This document shows positions 1 to 9,662 of a DNA stretch of 64,000 bases, piece by piece; position 1 is the first letter of the stretch; every line of letters starts with the position of its first letter. The DNA comes from an uncultured Phycisphaerales bacterium. Lineage in GTDB: Bacteria > Planctomycetota > Phycisphaerae > Tepidisphaerales > Tepidisphaeraceae. The stretch covers positions 1,504,001 to 1,568,000 of the forward strand of contig CAVWLP010000002.1 of assembly GCA_963755915.1 (NCBI GenBank). Reading direction: 5' to 3'. The translations under genes and the position numbers were made by a program. The notes beneath the pieces were generated by a model, which was not told the DNA's origin, searched no databases, and was given only the letters and a program-made list of their open reading frames with translations.

Positions 1-525
1 GGCCTGCTGACGCTCAACGCCCTTGCCGTCGCCGGCGAAGTCATCATCCCCATGCAGCCCCACTTCCTGGCGCTTCAGGGCGTCGGCAAGCTTCTCGAAA
101 CCGTCGCCCTGGTCAGCCAGCGCGTAAACCCCGCGCTTAAAGTCTCCGGCATCGTCCTGACAATGTTCGATTCCCAGACCCGGCTCTCATCCGAAGTCGT
201 CGCCGACCTCGCCGGCTTCATCAGCGACGCAGCCGGCAAAAACCTCCCCTGGTCCTCTGCAAAAATCTTCGCCAGCCGTATCCGCCGAAACATCAAACTC
301 GCCGAAAGCCCCAGCTTCGGCCAGACGATTCTCCAATACGATTCCGCCAGCCACGGCGCCACCGACTACCGCGCCTTGGCTCGCGAGGTCCTGGAAATGA
401 ACAAGCCGGCCGTAGCAGTGACTGTGACGCCGCCCGCAAAAGCTCCTCCGAGCCGGAAACTCGAAACTCGAAATTCGAATGACGAATCAAATTCAAAACT
501 CGAAATTCGAATGACCGGGAGCTGA
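1..525 (+). CDS. parA: ParA/Soj family ATPase, C-terminal part (5'-truncated by window edge)
   Basis: Frame is open from base 1: GLLTLNALAVAGEVIIPMQPHFLALQG...GIVLTMFD...RIRRNIKLAESPSFGQTI, typical ParA/Soj C-terminal motifs. Confidence 0.9.
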   Translation, partial: GLLTLNALAVAGEVIIPMQPHFLALQGVGKLLETVALVSQRVNPALKVSGIVLTMFDSQTRLSSEVVADLAGFISDAAGKNLPWSSAKIFASRIRRNIKLAESPSFGQTILQYDSASHGATDYRALAREVLEMNKPAVAVTVTPPAKAPPSRKLETRNSNDESNSKLEIRMTGS

Positions 526-648
526 GCTTGTTTCGAATTTTGAATTTCGAATTTGATTCGTCGGAGGCGCGGACGCCTCCGGGCCGTAATCGGCGAGTAC
601 GCCCCGGAGGCGTCCGCGCCTCCGAATTTCGAGTTTCGAATTTCCCCC
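457..648. repeat. Palindromic heptamer-array repeat (AAATTCG/AAACTCG units) with a nested 23-bp inverted repeat
   Basis: Left arm 457-516 (aaactcgaaactcgaaattcgaatgacgaatcaaa...) is mirrored by 531-648. A perfect IR 561-583/603-625 lies inside the right arm. Confidence 0.85.
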
Positions 649-649
649 T

Positions 650-1162
650 ATGACCTCTCCTCCTCTCTTTGCTCCCTGGCGACTCCCCTACATCAAGGCC
701 CTGGGCAAATCCGACGCCTGTTTCCTCTGCACCGCCGGCGTAGCCACCGATCCCGAACTAAAACGCGACCTCCTCGTCCTCTGGACCACGCCCCAATCGA
801 TCGTCCTCATCAACCGTTTCCCCTACGCCAACGGCCACTTGCTGGTCGCCCCGCGTGCCCACAAAGCCGAGCTCGGCGAACTCACCGAGCCTGAGCAACT
901 CGACCTCACCGCCCAAACCATCGCCTCGGTAAACCTCCTGAAGCGTGCCGTCTCCGCCCAGGGGTTTAACATCGGCATCAACCTCGGCCCTGTCGCCGGC
1001 GCCGGCCTCCCCGGCCACGTCCACCAGCACGTCGTCCCCCGCTGGGGCGGCGACACCAACTTCATGACCGTCGTCGCCGAAACCCGCGTCGTCCCCCAGG
1101 CCCTCTCCCAGTTGCATACAGAACTGATCAGAGTCGCCACCGAAATGGGCTATATAAAGTAG
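650..1162 (+). CDS. HIT-domain protein (Ap4A phosphorylase/hydrolase-like)
   Basis: LFAPWR..YI start, CFLC, NRFPYANGHLLV, GFNIGINLG, HVHQHVVPRWGGD histidine triad. Confidence 0.92.
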   Translation: MTSPPLFAPWRLPYIKALGKSDACFLCTAGVATDPELKRDLLVLWTTPQSIVLINRFPYANGHLLVAPRAHKAELGELTEPEQLDLTAQTIASVNLLKRAVSAQGFNIGINLGPVAGAGLPGHVHQHVVPRWGGDTNFMTVVAETRVVPQALSQLHTELIRVATEMGYIK

Positions 1163-1211
1163 AAGCGGCGTCCCGCCGCTTTCCGCCCAAGCGGCGAGAC
1201 GCCGCTTCTAC
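1159..1211. repeat. GTAG-type REP doublet (REPIN-like)
   Basis: GTAGAAGCGGCGTCCCGCCGCTT ... AAGCGGCGAGACGCCGCTTCTAC: inverted pair with GTAG/CTAC ends; GTAG supplies the HIT stop codon. Confidence 0.8.
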
Positions 1212-1297
1212 TTGGAGCTTCTTCCAATACAGCAATTGGCAATCGGCATTTCCCCACCCCCTTGCCCCCACTCCACCCGCCCCTTACCCTTTCCCCC

Positions 1298-1585
1298 ATG
1301 GACGAATCCATCCGCAAGCAGCTTGTCCCCGGCGCCTCCGTCAAGATCATCCAGCAAATCGCCGCCCGCGATTATTCCTGGAACAGCGAAACCGCCGGCA
1401 CCATCGTCAACTACAAACAGGAGCCCACCGGAAGCTGGTACGCCCACAGCAAGGACGACAAGCTCTGGCTCGACCGCCTCACCCTCAGAAAAACGGACGG
1501 CGAGATCACCACCCTCAATCTCGACGAGTTCAGCGTCGTCAAGATCGTCCAGACGGCACGCCCCGCCTCCACCACCATAAAATGA
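1298..1585 (+). CDS. Small hypothetical protein (beta-rich)
   Basis: ATG at 1298, host-like codon usage, stop overlaps tyrA start. Confidence 0.7.
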   Translation: MDESIRKQLVPGASVKIIQQIAARDYSWNSETAGTIVNYKQEPTGSWYAHSKDDKLWLDRLTLRKTDGEITTLNLDEFSVVKIVQTARPASTTIK

Positions 1586-2466
1586 CCGCGAAGAAGCTCT
1601 TCCCACGCCAACTCACCATCCTCGGCGTTGGCCTCCTCGGCGGCTCCATCGGGCTCGCCCTCCGCGCCGTCCGCCCCAACTGCCACATCATCGGCTTCGG
1701 CCACCGAAAACCCTCCCTCCAGACCGCTGCTGAAATCGGCGCCATCGACGCGTTTGATCTCGACCCCTCCTCCGCCGTCGCCGGCTCCGATCTGGTCATC
1801 CTCTGCACCCCTGTCGGCACCTTCGAGCCCCTTCTCCGCCAAATCGCCCCCGCCCTTGCCCCCGGCGCCATCGTCACCGACGTCGGCAGCACCAAGCGAT
1901 CCGTCGTCCGCTCCGCCGCCAAGCTTCTCCCCAAATCGGCATATTTCGTCGCCAGCCACCCCATCGCCGGCAGCGAAAAGCGCGGCGTGGAATTCTCCCG
2001 CGCCGACCTCTTCCACAATCGCCTCTGCATCCTCACGCCGGAGAAGAAGACAAACCCCGCCGCCGTGAAACAGGTCGAAAAGTTCTGGCAACTCCTCGGC
2101 ATGCGCACGCAGCGCCTGACCCCCCAAGATCACGACCGCCTCCTCGCCGACATCAGCCACCTGCCCCATCTGGTCGCCGCCGCCCTCGTCGCCATGCAAC
2201 CGGATGCCGCCCTGGCCATCTGCGGCAAAGGCTTCCTCGACACAACAAGAATCGCCGGCGGCGACGGCGCCCTCTGGCGCGACATCTTTCTCGACAACGC
2301 CGACAACCTCAAATCCGCCATCCGCCGCCTCAAATCCCAGCTCCAGGCCACCGAAAAAATGCTCACAAGTTCGCGCGCCTCTTCGCTGCGCAACTGGCTT
2401 GACTCCGCCGCCCAGCGGCGCCAGAAAGTCCTCGAAGAAAAACTCTCCGAATTAAACCCCGACTGA
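1582..2466 (+). CDS. tyrA: Prephenate/arogenate dehydrogenase
   Basis: GVGLLGGS Rossmann motif, TDVGSTK, HPIAGSEKRG, HD..LA.ISHLPH, GFLDTTRIAGG. Confidence 0.93.
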   Translation: MTAKKLFPRQLTILGVGLLGGSIGLALRAVRPNCHIIGFGHRKPSLQTAAEIGAIDAFDLDPSSAVAGSDLVILCTPVGTFEPLLRQIAPALAPGAIVTDVGSTKRSVVRSAAKLLPKSAYFVASHPIAGSEKRGVEFSRADLFHNRLCILTPEKKTNPAAVKQVEKFWQLLGMRTQRLTPQDHDRLLADISHLPHLVAAALVAMQPDAALAICGKGFLDTTRIAGGDGALWRDIFLDNADNLKSAIRRLKSQLQATEKMLTSSRASSLRNWLDSAAQRRQKVLEEKLSELNPD

Positions 2467-2492
2467 TCAACTACACTCGACTCCACCTTTTT

Positions 2493-2532
2493 CCCCCGCC
2501 CCCGGTACTCCGGGGGAGGGTTGGGGAGGGGG
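2493..2532. repeat. REP-like hairpin repeat (CCCC..CCCGGTAC.CCGGG.GAGGG family), copy 1
   Basis: Closely similar to 17553-17592; GC-rich stem-loop just after a gene end. Confidence 0.7.
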
Positions 2533-2557
2533 TCGTAGTCAAAGTTGATTCAATTAC

Positions 2558-3235
2558 TTGTCATTGTGGCGAAACGCTTCCAAGCCGATAATCCCCCAAA
2601 TGCCGGTGGATCAAACCAGCCCACAGCAACCAGAACCAGCTTCCCTCACCATCGGATACGCAAGTCCATCCTCTCCCCCGACAACGATCGTCGTCTGGTG
2701 CCGTCTTTTCGCCCTGTGGTTGCTCGTCAACGGAGCCATTGGCGTAACCGAAATCCTTGAAATCACCATAGGAGCGATGTTCGGAATGCGCCCCTTGAAT
2801 TCCAGTTTGATCGTGGAAGCAATTGAAGTGGGCTTACCGATGATGGTTTGGCTGTTGGCGGGTTGGTACTGCTGGTATCGTGCACCCTCCCTGGCAGCGA
2901 GAATCGCCGGTTCACCGAATCAAGCTCTCCCCGAGCAATCCCTGAATCCCAACGACCTGCTGCAAATAGCCCTCATCGCCCTCGGCGTCTATTTTTTCGG
3001 CGAGGGAATTCCGGGTTTTGCTCGCGTCCTCAGCGATGCCATCGCAGGCGTACGACAGGGAAGTTTCGCAAGCGTGAACGAACCTGACGTAGTAATGACG
3101 GTTGCCCGGTGCCTCCTCGGTCTCTGGCTCATCCTCGGAACCCCAGGCGTGGCACGACTCATCCGCAAACACAGCGGCAGATGGCACGACGCACCCACCG
3201 ATTCAAATCAGGACCCAGGCAAAACCCCCGATTGA
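2558..3235 (+). CDS. Hypothetical membrane protein (about 4 TM helices; start may be ATG 2600)
   Basis: Long ORF with repeated hydrophobic segments. Confidence 0.7.
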   Translation: MSLWRNASKPIIPQMPVDQTSPQQPEPASLTIGYASPSSPPTTIVVWCRLFALWLLVNGAIGVTEILEITIGAMFGMRPLNSSLIVEAIEVGLPMMVWLLAGWYCWYRAPSLAARIAGSPNQALPEQSLNPNDLLQIALIALGVYFFGEGIPGFARVLSDAIAGVRQGSFASVNEPDVVMTVARCLLGLWLILGTPGVARLIRKHSGRWHDAPTDSNQDPGKTPD

Positions 3236-3242
3236 CAGCTCC

Positions 3243-3300
3243 AATTCGAATTTCGAGTTTCGAATTTGATTCGTCATTCGAATTTCGAATTTCGAATTTC
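3243..3300. repeat. Heptamer-array repeat, same family as 457-648
   Basis: aattcgaatttcgagtttcgaatttgattcgtcattcgaatttcgaatttcgaatttc; overlaps the GT4 stop codon. Confidence 0.8.
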
Positions 3301-4437
3301 CTCATACACCTTCTCCAACCCAGCCACCATCACCCCCGCATCAAACCTCCCCATCGCGAACTTCCGCCCCGCCACACCCATCCTCTGTCTCAGCTCCCCA
3401 TCCTCCGCCAATTTCAAAATCGCCCCCGACAGCCTCGAAACATCAAACGCCGGCAGCACAAACCCCGTCTCCCCGTCCACCACCCCCTCCCGATTCCCAT
3501 CCACGTCATACGCAATCGCCGGCACCCGCGCAAGCTGTGCCTGCGGCAGCGCCCGCGCCAGCCCCTCTCGCCGCGAAGGATGCACCAGAATATCCATCGC
3601 CCCCGTCAACTCCGGCACCCGCTCCGGCGGCACCATGCCCGTCAAAATAAACCGATCCCGCAACCCCATCCGCTGCATTTGCTCTTCAAACCTTCCGCGC
3701 AAGAGCCCATCCCCCACCCACAAAAATCGCAATTTCGGCAGTCGCCGACACAAATCCGGCGCAAGCCCCAGCAAATCATCATGCCCCTTCAGATCAAACA
3801 GCCGTGCGATCGTCCCGACAACCAGATGCTCATCCGTCAGTCCCAGTGACTGTCTTACCATCTCCCGAGGAACTGGCGGATTCAAAAACGGCTCCGTCTC
3901 CATCCCACTGTAAATCGTCACATACTGCTCCCGTTTCCCGATCCCTGCCGCCAGCGATTGCTCCCGCATCGCATCCGCCACGCACACAATCCGCGCCGTC
4001 AGCGGCGCTGCCTTTTTCTCCAGCAGCTTATATGCCCCATTTACCGCCGCGCTCGTCGAAGCCGTAAACGCCAGCCCGTGAATCGTGTGGACCACCCCGC
4101 GCATCCCCGCCTTCCGCGCCGCCCACCTCCCGATAATCCCCGCCTTGCTCGAATGCGTGTGCACGATATCCGGCTTGATTTCCCGTAGCAGCCGAACCAG
4201 CTCCCAATAAACCCGCAAATCCCTGACCGGATGAATCGCCCGCCGCATTTCATCCACCACGATCACGCGATACCCCTGCGATTGCGCCTTCTCCATCAAC
4301 GACCCCTCCGGCCCAATCGCCGGCCCGGTGATCAGCGTCACGTCGTGCCCGGATTGATGCTGCCCCGCGCACGACAGCACCGTATTCTCCTGCGCCCCGC
4401 CAATGATGAGGCGAGTGATGATGTGGACGATTTTCAT
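3274..4437 (-). CDS. Glycosyltransferase family 4 (GT-B)
   Basis: MKIVHIITRLIIGGAQ, HTHSSKAG, HTIHG, KGHD, HPSRREGLARALPQA motifs. Confidence 0.92.
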   Translation of the reverse strand: MKIVHIITRLIIGGAQENTVLSCAGQHQSGHDVTLITGPAIGPEGSLMEKAQSQGYRVIVVDEMRRAIHPVRDLRVYWELVRLLREIKPDIVHTHSSKAGIIGRWAARKAGMRGVVHTIHGLAFTASTSAAVNGAYKLLEKKAAPLTARIVCVADAMREQSLAAGIGKREQYVTIYSGMETEPFLNPPVPREMVRQSLGLTDEHLVVGTIARLFDLKGHDDLLGLAPDLCRRLPKLRFLWVGDGLLRGRFEEQMQRMGLRDRFILTGMVPPERVPELTGAMDILVHPSRREGLARALPQAQLARVPAIAYDVDGNREGVVDGETGFVLPAFDVSRLSGAILKLAEDGELRQRMGVAGRKFAMGRFDAGVMVAGLEKVYEEIRNSKFE

Positions 4438-4487
4438 TCGCTTCGATCAGATTCGCCGGTGATCTTTTTACGCGGTGAGGTATTGTT

Positions 4488-5493
4488 TCATTCCACAATC
4501 AACTTTTCCGCGATCTGCACCGCATTTGTCGCTGCGCCTTGCGCACCTGGTCGCCGCTTACGAAAAGATCGATCCCCCGCCCATCCTCGCGGCTAATGTC
4601 CTGGCGTATCCGGCCGACCAGCACCAAATCCTGTCCGCTGGCTTCCAGCGGCATCGGGAAATGGTTTTTTTCGCGGTCGTCCACCAGCTTTACGCCGGGT
4701 GCTTTCGACAGAATCCGCCGGGCTTCATCGGGACTCATGGGGCGCTCGAACTCGAGGTTGATTGACTCGCTGTGTGCGCGGGGGATCGGGACACGGATGC
4801 AGGTCGCGGTGATCATGATCCGATCGTCGCCGAAGATCTTGCGGGTTTCGTTGATCGTCTTGTTTTCTTCCTCGTTGTACCCGTTGGCGGCGATCGCGGT
4901 GTCATGGCTGAAGAGGTTGTGCACGATCTGGTGCTGAAAGAGCGTCCGCTCGATCTTGCCGCCGGCGGCTTGGGATTTGATCTGCTGCTCCAGCTCAACG
5001 ACTCCCGCCGCGCCGGCGCCGCTGACGGCCTGGTAGGTGCTCATCACGATCCGCTTCACGCGGTTGGCCTTGTGCAGCGGCCAGACCGGGACGTTCATGA
5101 TGATCGTGCTGCAATTGGGGCTGGCGATGATGCCGATATGCTTGTGAATCTGCTCGCCGTTGACTTCGGGAACGACGAGCGGGATTCCCTGCTTCATTCT
5201 GAACGCCGAGCTTTTGTCGATGACCACCGCCCCGGCCGCCACGGCCGCGGGGGCGAACTCCTTGCTGATTCCTCCGCCGGCGGCGAAGAAGGCGATCTTC
5301 ACATCCTTGAAGCTCTCCTTGGAGAGTTCCTGGACCGTGAAGCTTTTGCCTGCGAACTCGACTTTCTTTCCCGCGCTGCGGCGCTGGCGAGCAGGACCAG
5401 ATTTTTGATGGGGAATTTCCGTTCGGCCAGGATATTCAAGAGTTCCTGGCCGACAGCCCCGGTTGCGCCGACAATCGCCACGTTCACTGCCAT
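4488..5493 (-). CDS. asd: Aspartate-semialdehyde dehydrogenase (two apparent frameshifts, ~5381 and ~4537)
   Basis: [48 protein letters not shown]; repaired end [22 protein letters not shown] at 4488. Confidence 0.93.
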
Positions 5494-5681
5494 AAGACCT
5501 CTTAATCAAACATCGTCAGACGGTTGAAATCTTACGCGAAGGGCGATTGATTTTCCGCGCGGGGGTATTGAATACAAAATTGGACACTCCGCAACAATCT
5601 GGGTGGTCTGGGGGGGATGGCGAAGCCAAAATTCGAAATTCGAAACTCGACTAGTCCCAGTTGGTGGCTCCATGGCCGAAG

Positions 5682-7301
5682 TTAAGTTTGTACTTTCGGC
5701 AGGTTGGATCGATTCGTTGGAAAGCGCAGGGATTGATAGAGGAAGACGGCCGCGCACAGTAATAATGCCCAGCCAAAATCAGGGCTCATTCCTTCAATCA
5801 ATCGCTTCAGTGGAGGTCCGAGCGCGCCGCTGGCGGTGGGGAGGAAATTCTGGCCGCCGCGACCCCCGAGCAACACGCCGAGCGTCATGAGCCCGCTGGC
5901 GGTGGAGATCAGCAGCAGAAGAAGCGTCATTCCGAACGAATCGCCGACCACAATTGCGCCGACTCCGGCAGCCCAGACCAAATATCGCTCGTGCATGTGA
6001 GGCGCGAGCGTGAAAAACAGCAGCCAGGGAGTCGTCGCCGCTACAAGCCATCGAGAACTTCCCCAACGCAACTGAAGGACCAGGCCGACGGTCGCGGCCA
6101 CCAAGGCAGAGGCATATACAACGACAAGCAGGTCGGAGATCGTTACGTGAACGGCTGATGAACTCCAACTCCCAACGTGAGGAGTAAAGGTAAAACAGAC
6201 GTCCTTCGAGTCGAAGCCGTAGCGATGTTCCAGAATGCCGGCCAAACAGTCGGTGCTGCCCATTTCAAGGTTCGGATATTTCTCTACGCCGTATTTGAAC
6301 CCGACGCGATACCAGTCCAGCGCAGTGGCCGAGAAAAAAGCTCCGGAAAAAATGGCGCCGGCCGCGAAAACGGCGACAGCGCCTTCAAGCCATGCGCACG
6401 GCAGACGGCGGCGCAGTAAAATGGCCAGCAAGACGATGCCGGCGACAAAGAGAAGAGGGGGCCAATTCAAGGTCCGCCGGTCATCCGAGAATTGAGTCAA
6501 TAGCCATGGAGAGACAATGACGGCGGTGGCCAGCAGAAATCCTCCGAGCCACCGCAAGGCGGCTAAAAGATCTGCACGGAAGACGGGCCAGAGAACAAAC
6601 AGTGGTACTACGACCAGCAACTGGCCTTTAAACATGCACCCAATCCCCATGATAACGCCGCTGATCATCCATCGGCGCCGAAAGGCTGCCAAAATCCCCC
6701 ATAGATAAAACGGCAGGATCCACCCATCCCAGCTGGGACGCATCCACGAGTCGATCCAAACGCCGGGATTGAGCCACAGGCATGTTGCCGCGATGAGCGC
6801 CAACCACTGGCGACGGACGGTTTGCCACACCAGCAATCCCGCCGCGAGCGACGCGGCAAGTTCCACAGCGGCATTAAACATCAACAAGGGTCGATTGACA
6901 CGATATTCGCTTCGCCAGTGCCTCCCTTCCAGACCTAAGAGAAAATTTGGAATCTTCAACTCATTGACAGGAATCGCCGGCACCATTTCTGGAGCCGCGT
7001 GATCGAGCCATTTCGCCCAGAGCGTAAAGACCGTCAGCCGAAGCGGGGGATAATCCAGTCCAAGATCGTCTTGGTCACGGCTTTGGATCACCAACGAATA
7101 GAGATTGAGATACCCCAGCTTGTCGGCGCGATTCCCCCAGCGGAGAGCGTTTTGCATGTCCCCGGAAAAATGGATGTGCGCGCTGGCCCGCCACGCCCAC
7201 CAGCGCAGATGGAATCCTGCGTCAACCAGAATCGCACAAGCGATCCCCAGCGCCAATCGGTGCAGCCATCTCGACGGGAAATCTCGGCCGGCTATTTTCA
7301 A
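5682..7301 (-). CDS. Polytopic membrane protein, probable GT-C glycosyltransferase (GT87/DUF2029-like)
   Basis: DYPPL, LWLNPG..IDS, FKGQ and MHERYL motifs; more than 10 hydrophobic segments. Confidence 0.65.
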   Translation of the reverse strand: MKIAGRDFPSRWLHRLALGIACAILVDAGFHLRWWAWRASAHIHFSGDMQNALRWGNRADKLGYLNLYSLVIQSRDQDDLGLDYPPLRLTVFTLWAKWLDHAAPEMVPAIPVNELKIPNFLLGLEGRHWRSEYRVNRPLLMFNAAVELAASLAAGLLVWQTVRRQWLALIAATCLWLNPGVWIDSWMRPSWDGWILPFYLWGILAAFRRRWMISGVIMGIGCMFKGQLLVVVPLFVLWPVFRADLLAALRWLGGFLLATAVIVSPWLLTQFSDDRRTLNWPPLLFVAGIVLLAILLRRRLPCAWLEGAVAVFAAGAIFSGAFFSATALDWYRVGFKYGVEKYPNLEMGSTDCLAGILEHRYGFDSKDVCFTFTPHVGSWSSSAVHVTISDLLVVVYASALVAATVGLVLQLRWGSSRWLVAATTPWLLFFTLAPHMHERYLVWAAGVGAIVVGDSFGMTLLLLLISTASGLMTLGVLLGGRGGQNFLPTASGALGPPLKRLIEGMSPDFGWALLLCAAVFLYQSLRFPTNRSNLPKVQT

Positions 7302-7419
7302 GTCGGGGCTATTCTATCGCGGGGAATTTTTTACATGCCTTTCGTAAGCGATAGATTTATTCAGAGGGCCGGGAAATTCGCAACTTCCACTGGCTGGGCA
7401 GCCTGCTCGTCGAGGTCAG

Positions 7420-9655
7420 TTACTGATTTGAAACCATTCCGAATGACGAAACGGCCTTCGGCCGCACCAATGTTTTCCGCCTGCGAGCTAGGCAGCAAAT
7501 AGTAGACAGTACAACCAATCCGGCGGCCGCAGGCTCAGGGACGGAGCCGATGGTTGGGAGGGGCAAGCCATTGGCGACTGCGAAGGCATCAAGGGCCACG
7601 ATGTCGGACTGAGAGACGGATGCATCCGCGCCGCTGTCCCCCTGCCCGAAATTCGCCGCCAGGGCGCTGAAGTCGCTGCCGTTCACCGACGAGCCGTACA
7701 GAAAATTTCCCTGGTCCCAATTGGTGGCGCCCAGCCCGAAGTTGGCGGCGAGGATGCTGAAGTCGGACCCGTTGACGGTGCCGTCGAGATTCGCATCTCC
7801 CAGCAGCGTGTACTTGATTTCGATCTGGCCGGAGGAAAGTCCGGAGACGACGCCGTCGGCGCTGTCGGCCCAGCCGACGCCGTAGCGGAGGCCATTGGTG
7901 AGAGATTGGGCGGTTGAGGAGATGATTCCCGGTCCATTCCAAGCGCCGCCGTTATAGCCACTCTCGATCCACGCCTCCACCGAGGCAATCGGGTCGGCGA
8001 CCTGACCCAGACCGTAGTTGATCAGTAGCGTGTTGTTGGTGATATCCAGGGTGCCGTTGGATCCTATGGACAGGATCTCAAGCGAATTGGTAACAGGGCT
8101 GGAATTGGAGCCGATCTGCACGAAAGCATTGCCGCCCGCGCCCGCGGAGATCGACAGGGATGCCTGCGCGATGGAGCTGACCGTCATGGTCGCGGTCGAT
8201 CCCGCGGTGGCATTGAGAATGATCGTCCCGTTGCCTGTGACCGGGCCCAGGCTGGCGCTGCCGCCGCTTTGCTGGATGGCGCCCCCGTTGCTTGTCGACG
8301 CCGATACCCACAGCGTGCCGCCGGACACGCTCAAATCACCGCCGTTGACGAGCGTGGTAATATTAAACGTTCCGGCGGAGAGGGTAGCGGTGCCGTCCGT
8401 TTGAAGGGCGCCGGTGACGGTCATGGTGCCGCCGGAGATGCCGAGGGTGCCATCGCCGTCAGGACCGGAGCCGTTTTCTGCGATAAACATGGTGCCCACG
8501 GTGCAGGTTCCATCACTGAGAGAATAGGAGCCGGACGAGCTGCCAAGGCCCTTAAAATCGGTTCCGAGAAACATCGTCGCCGTGGTGTTGGTTCCGCCGC
8601 TCTGGTTGAATGTCCCGGTTCCGCCTCCATAACCGATCACCTCCATGCTGTAGGCGCCGCCGGTGCTTAGAGACCCGTCGGAGAGGTTGTACGTTCCCGC
8701 CCGATCGGAGCCGATGTCGAGACCGTAATCGTTGAATTCATCCATCACCAGATGGGTTCCGCCGCTCTGGTTGAAAGTAGCCCCTACTCCCGGATCGGTA
8801 GAGTTTTGGCCGATAATTTCGCCGTCGATCACAACCAGGCTGGCGGCGCCGCTGAGCGAATAGCTGCCATTGTAAACAGCAAGCTGTGAGAAAGTGGCTG
8901 TTCCCCCCGTTTGTATGAATGTCCCCGGCCCGACATACCCAATTCCCAGGCCCCCCTCCGGGGACGATGGGCTTATGGAGCCAACCTGCAGGGATCCCGA
9001 TTCAAGCGTGTACGTGCCGGTTCCGACCGGATTGGAGGAGGTGGGGCTGTTCAATGATCCCATGAGCAGAACGGACGACACCGAAACGCTGCCGCCGTCC
9101 TGCAGGAACGTTCCGGTTCCGGACGCATCGCCGTTTAAGTTGCATCCCACTTCCAGGTCGACCACATTCAGGCTCGCCGCGCCGGAAATCTGGTAGCCGC
9201 CGCTGCTGCCGGATCCCAAGCCGATACCGAGGGTCCCGACGTTGTTGGTCCCGCCACTCTGTGTGTATTCGCCCGAATAGCTGTAGGCGACTTCCTCCGA
9301 ATTGGCGGAGAGAGTGTAGCTCGACTGGTCGACGTTTTCGCCGAACAGGCCGTCGATGAGAAGGTCGTTGAGCGGGTCCGAGGTTGAGTATCCGCCGTCA
9401 AAGGTGACGATGGAGCCACCGACCAGAAACTTTCCCTCGCTGAAGATACCCGTGACCTGGGCATCATCGCCGGCGGCGGGGATTCCGCCCATGCTGCCGT
9501 TAGTCCAGTTGGGGGAAGTGCCCCAGTCGCCGGAGCGCACATCGTACGTCCAGGTGGTGTTGGCGCCGGCGCGGCGCCAGGGAAACACCCGACAGGGCAG
9601 CGGCGAAGACTATGGAACGGCGACGGCGATAGGTCAAATGCGATCTCATTGGCAT
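7420..9655 (-). CDS. PEP-CTERM surface protein 1: Gly/Ser/Thr beta-repeats plus dockerin-like C-terminal module (frameshift ~9575 in signal region)
   Basis: AAGGAG RBS before ATG 9655; GTFNQSGGTN-type repeats; GDANLDGTVNGSDF duplicated motif; VPEPAAAGLVVLSTICCLARRRK. Confidence 0.85.
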
Positions 9656-9662
9656 CACTCCT

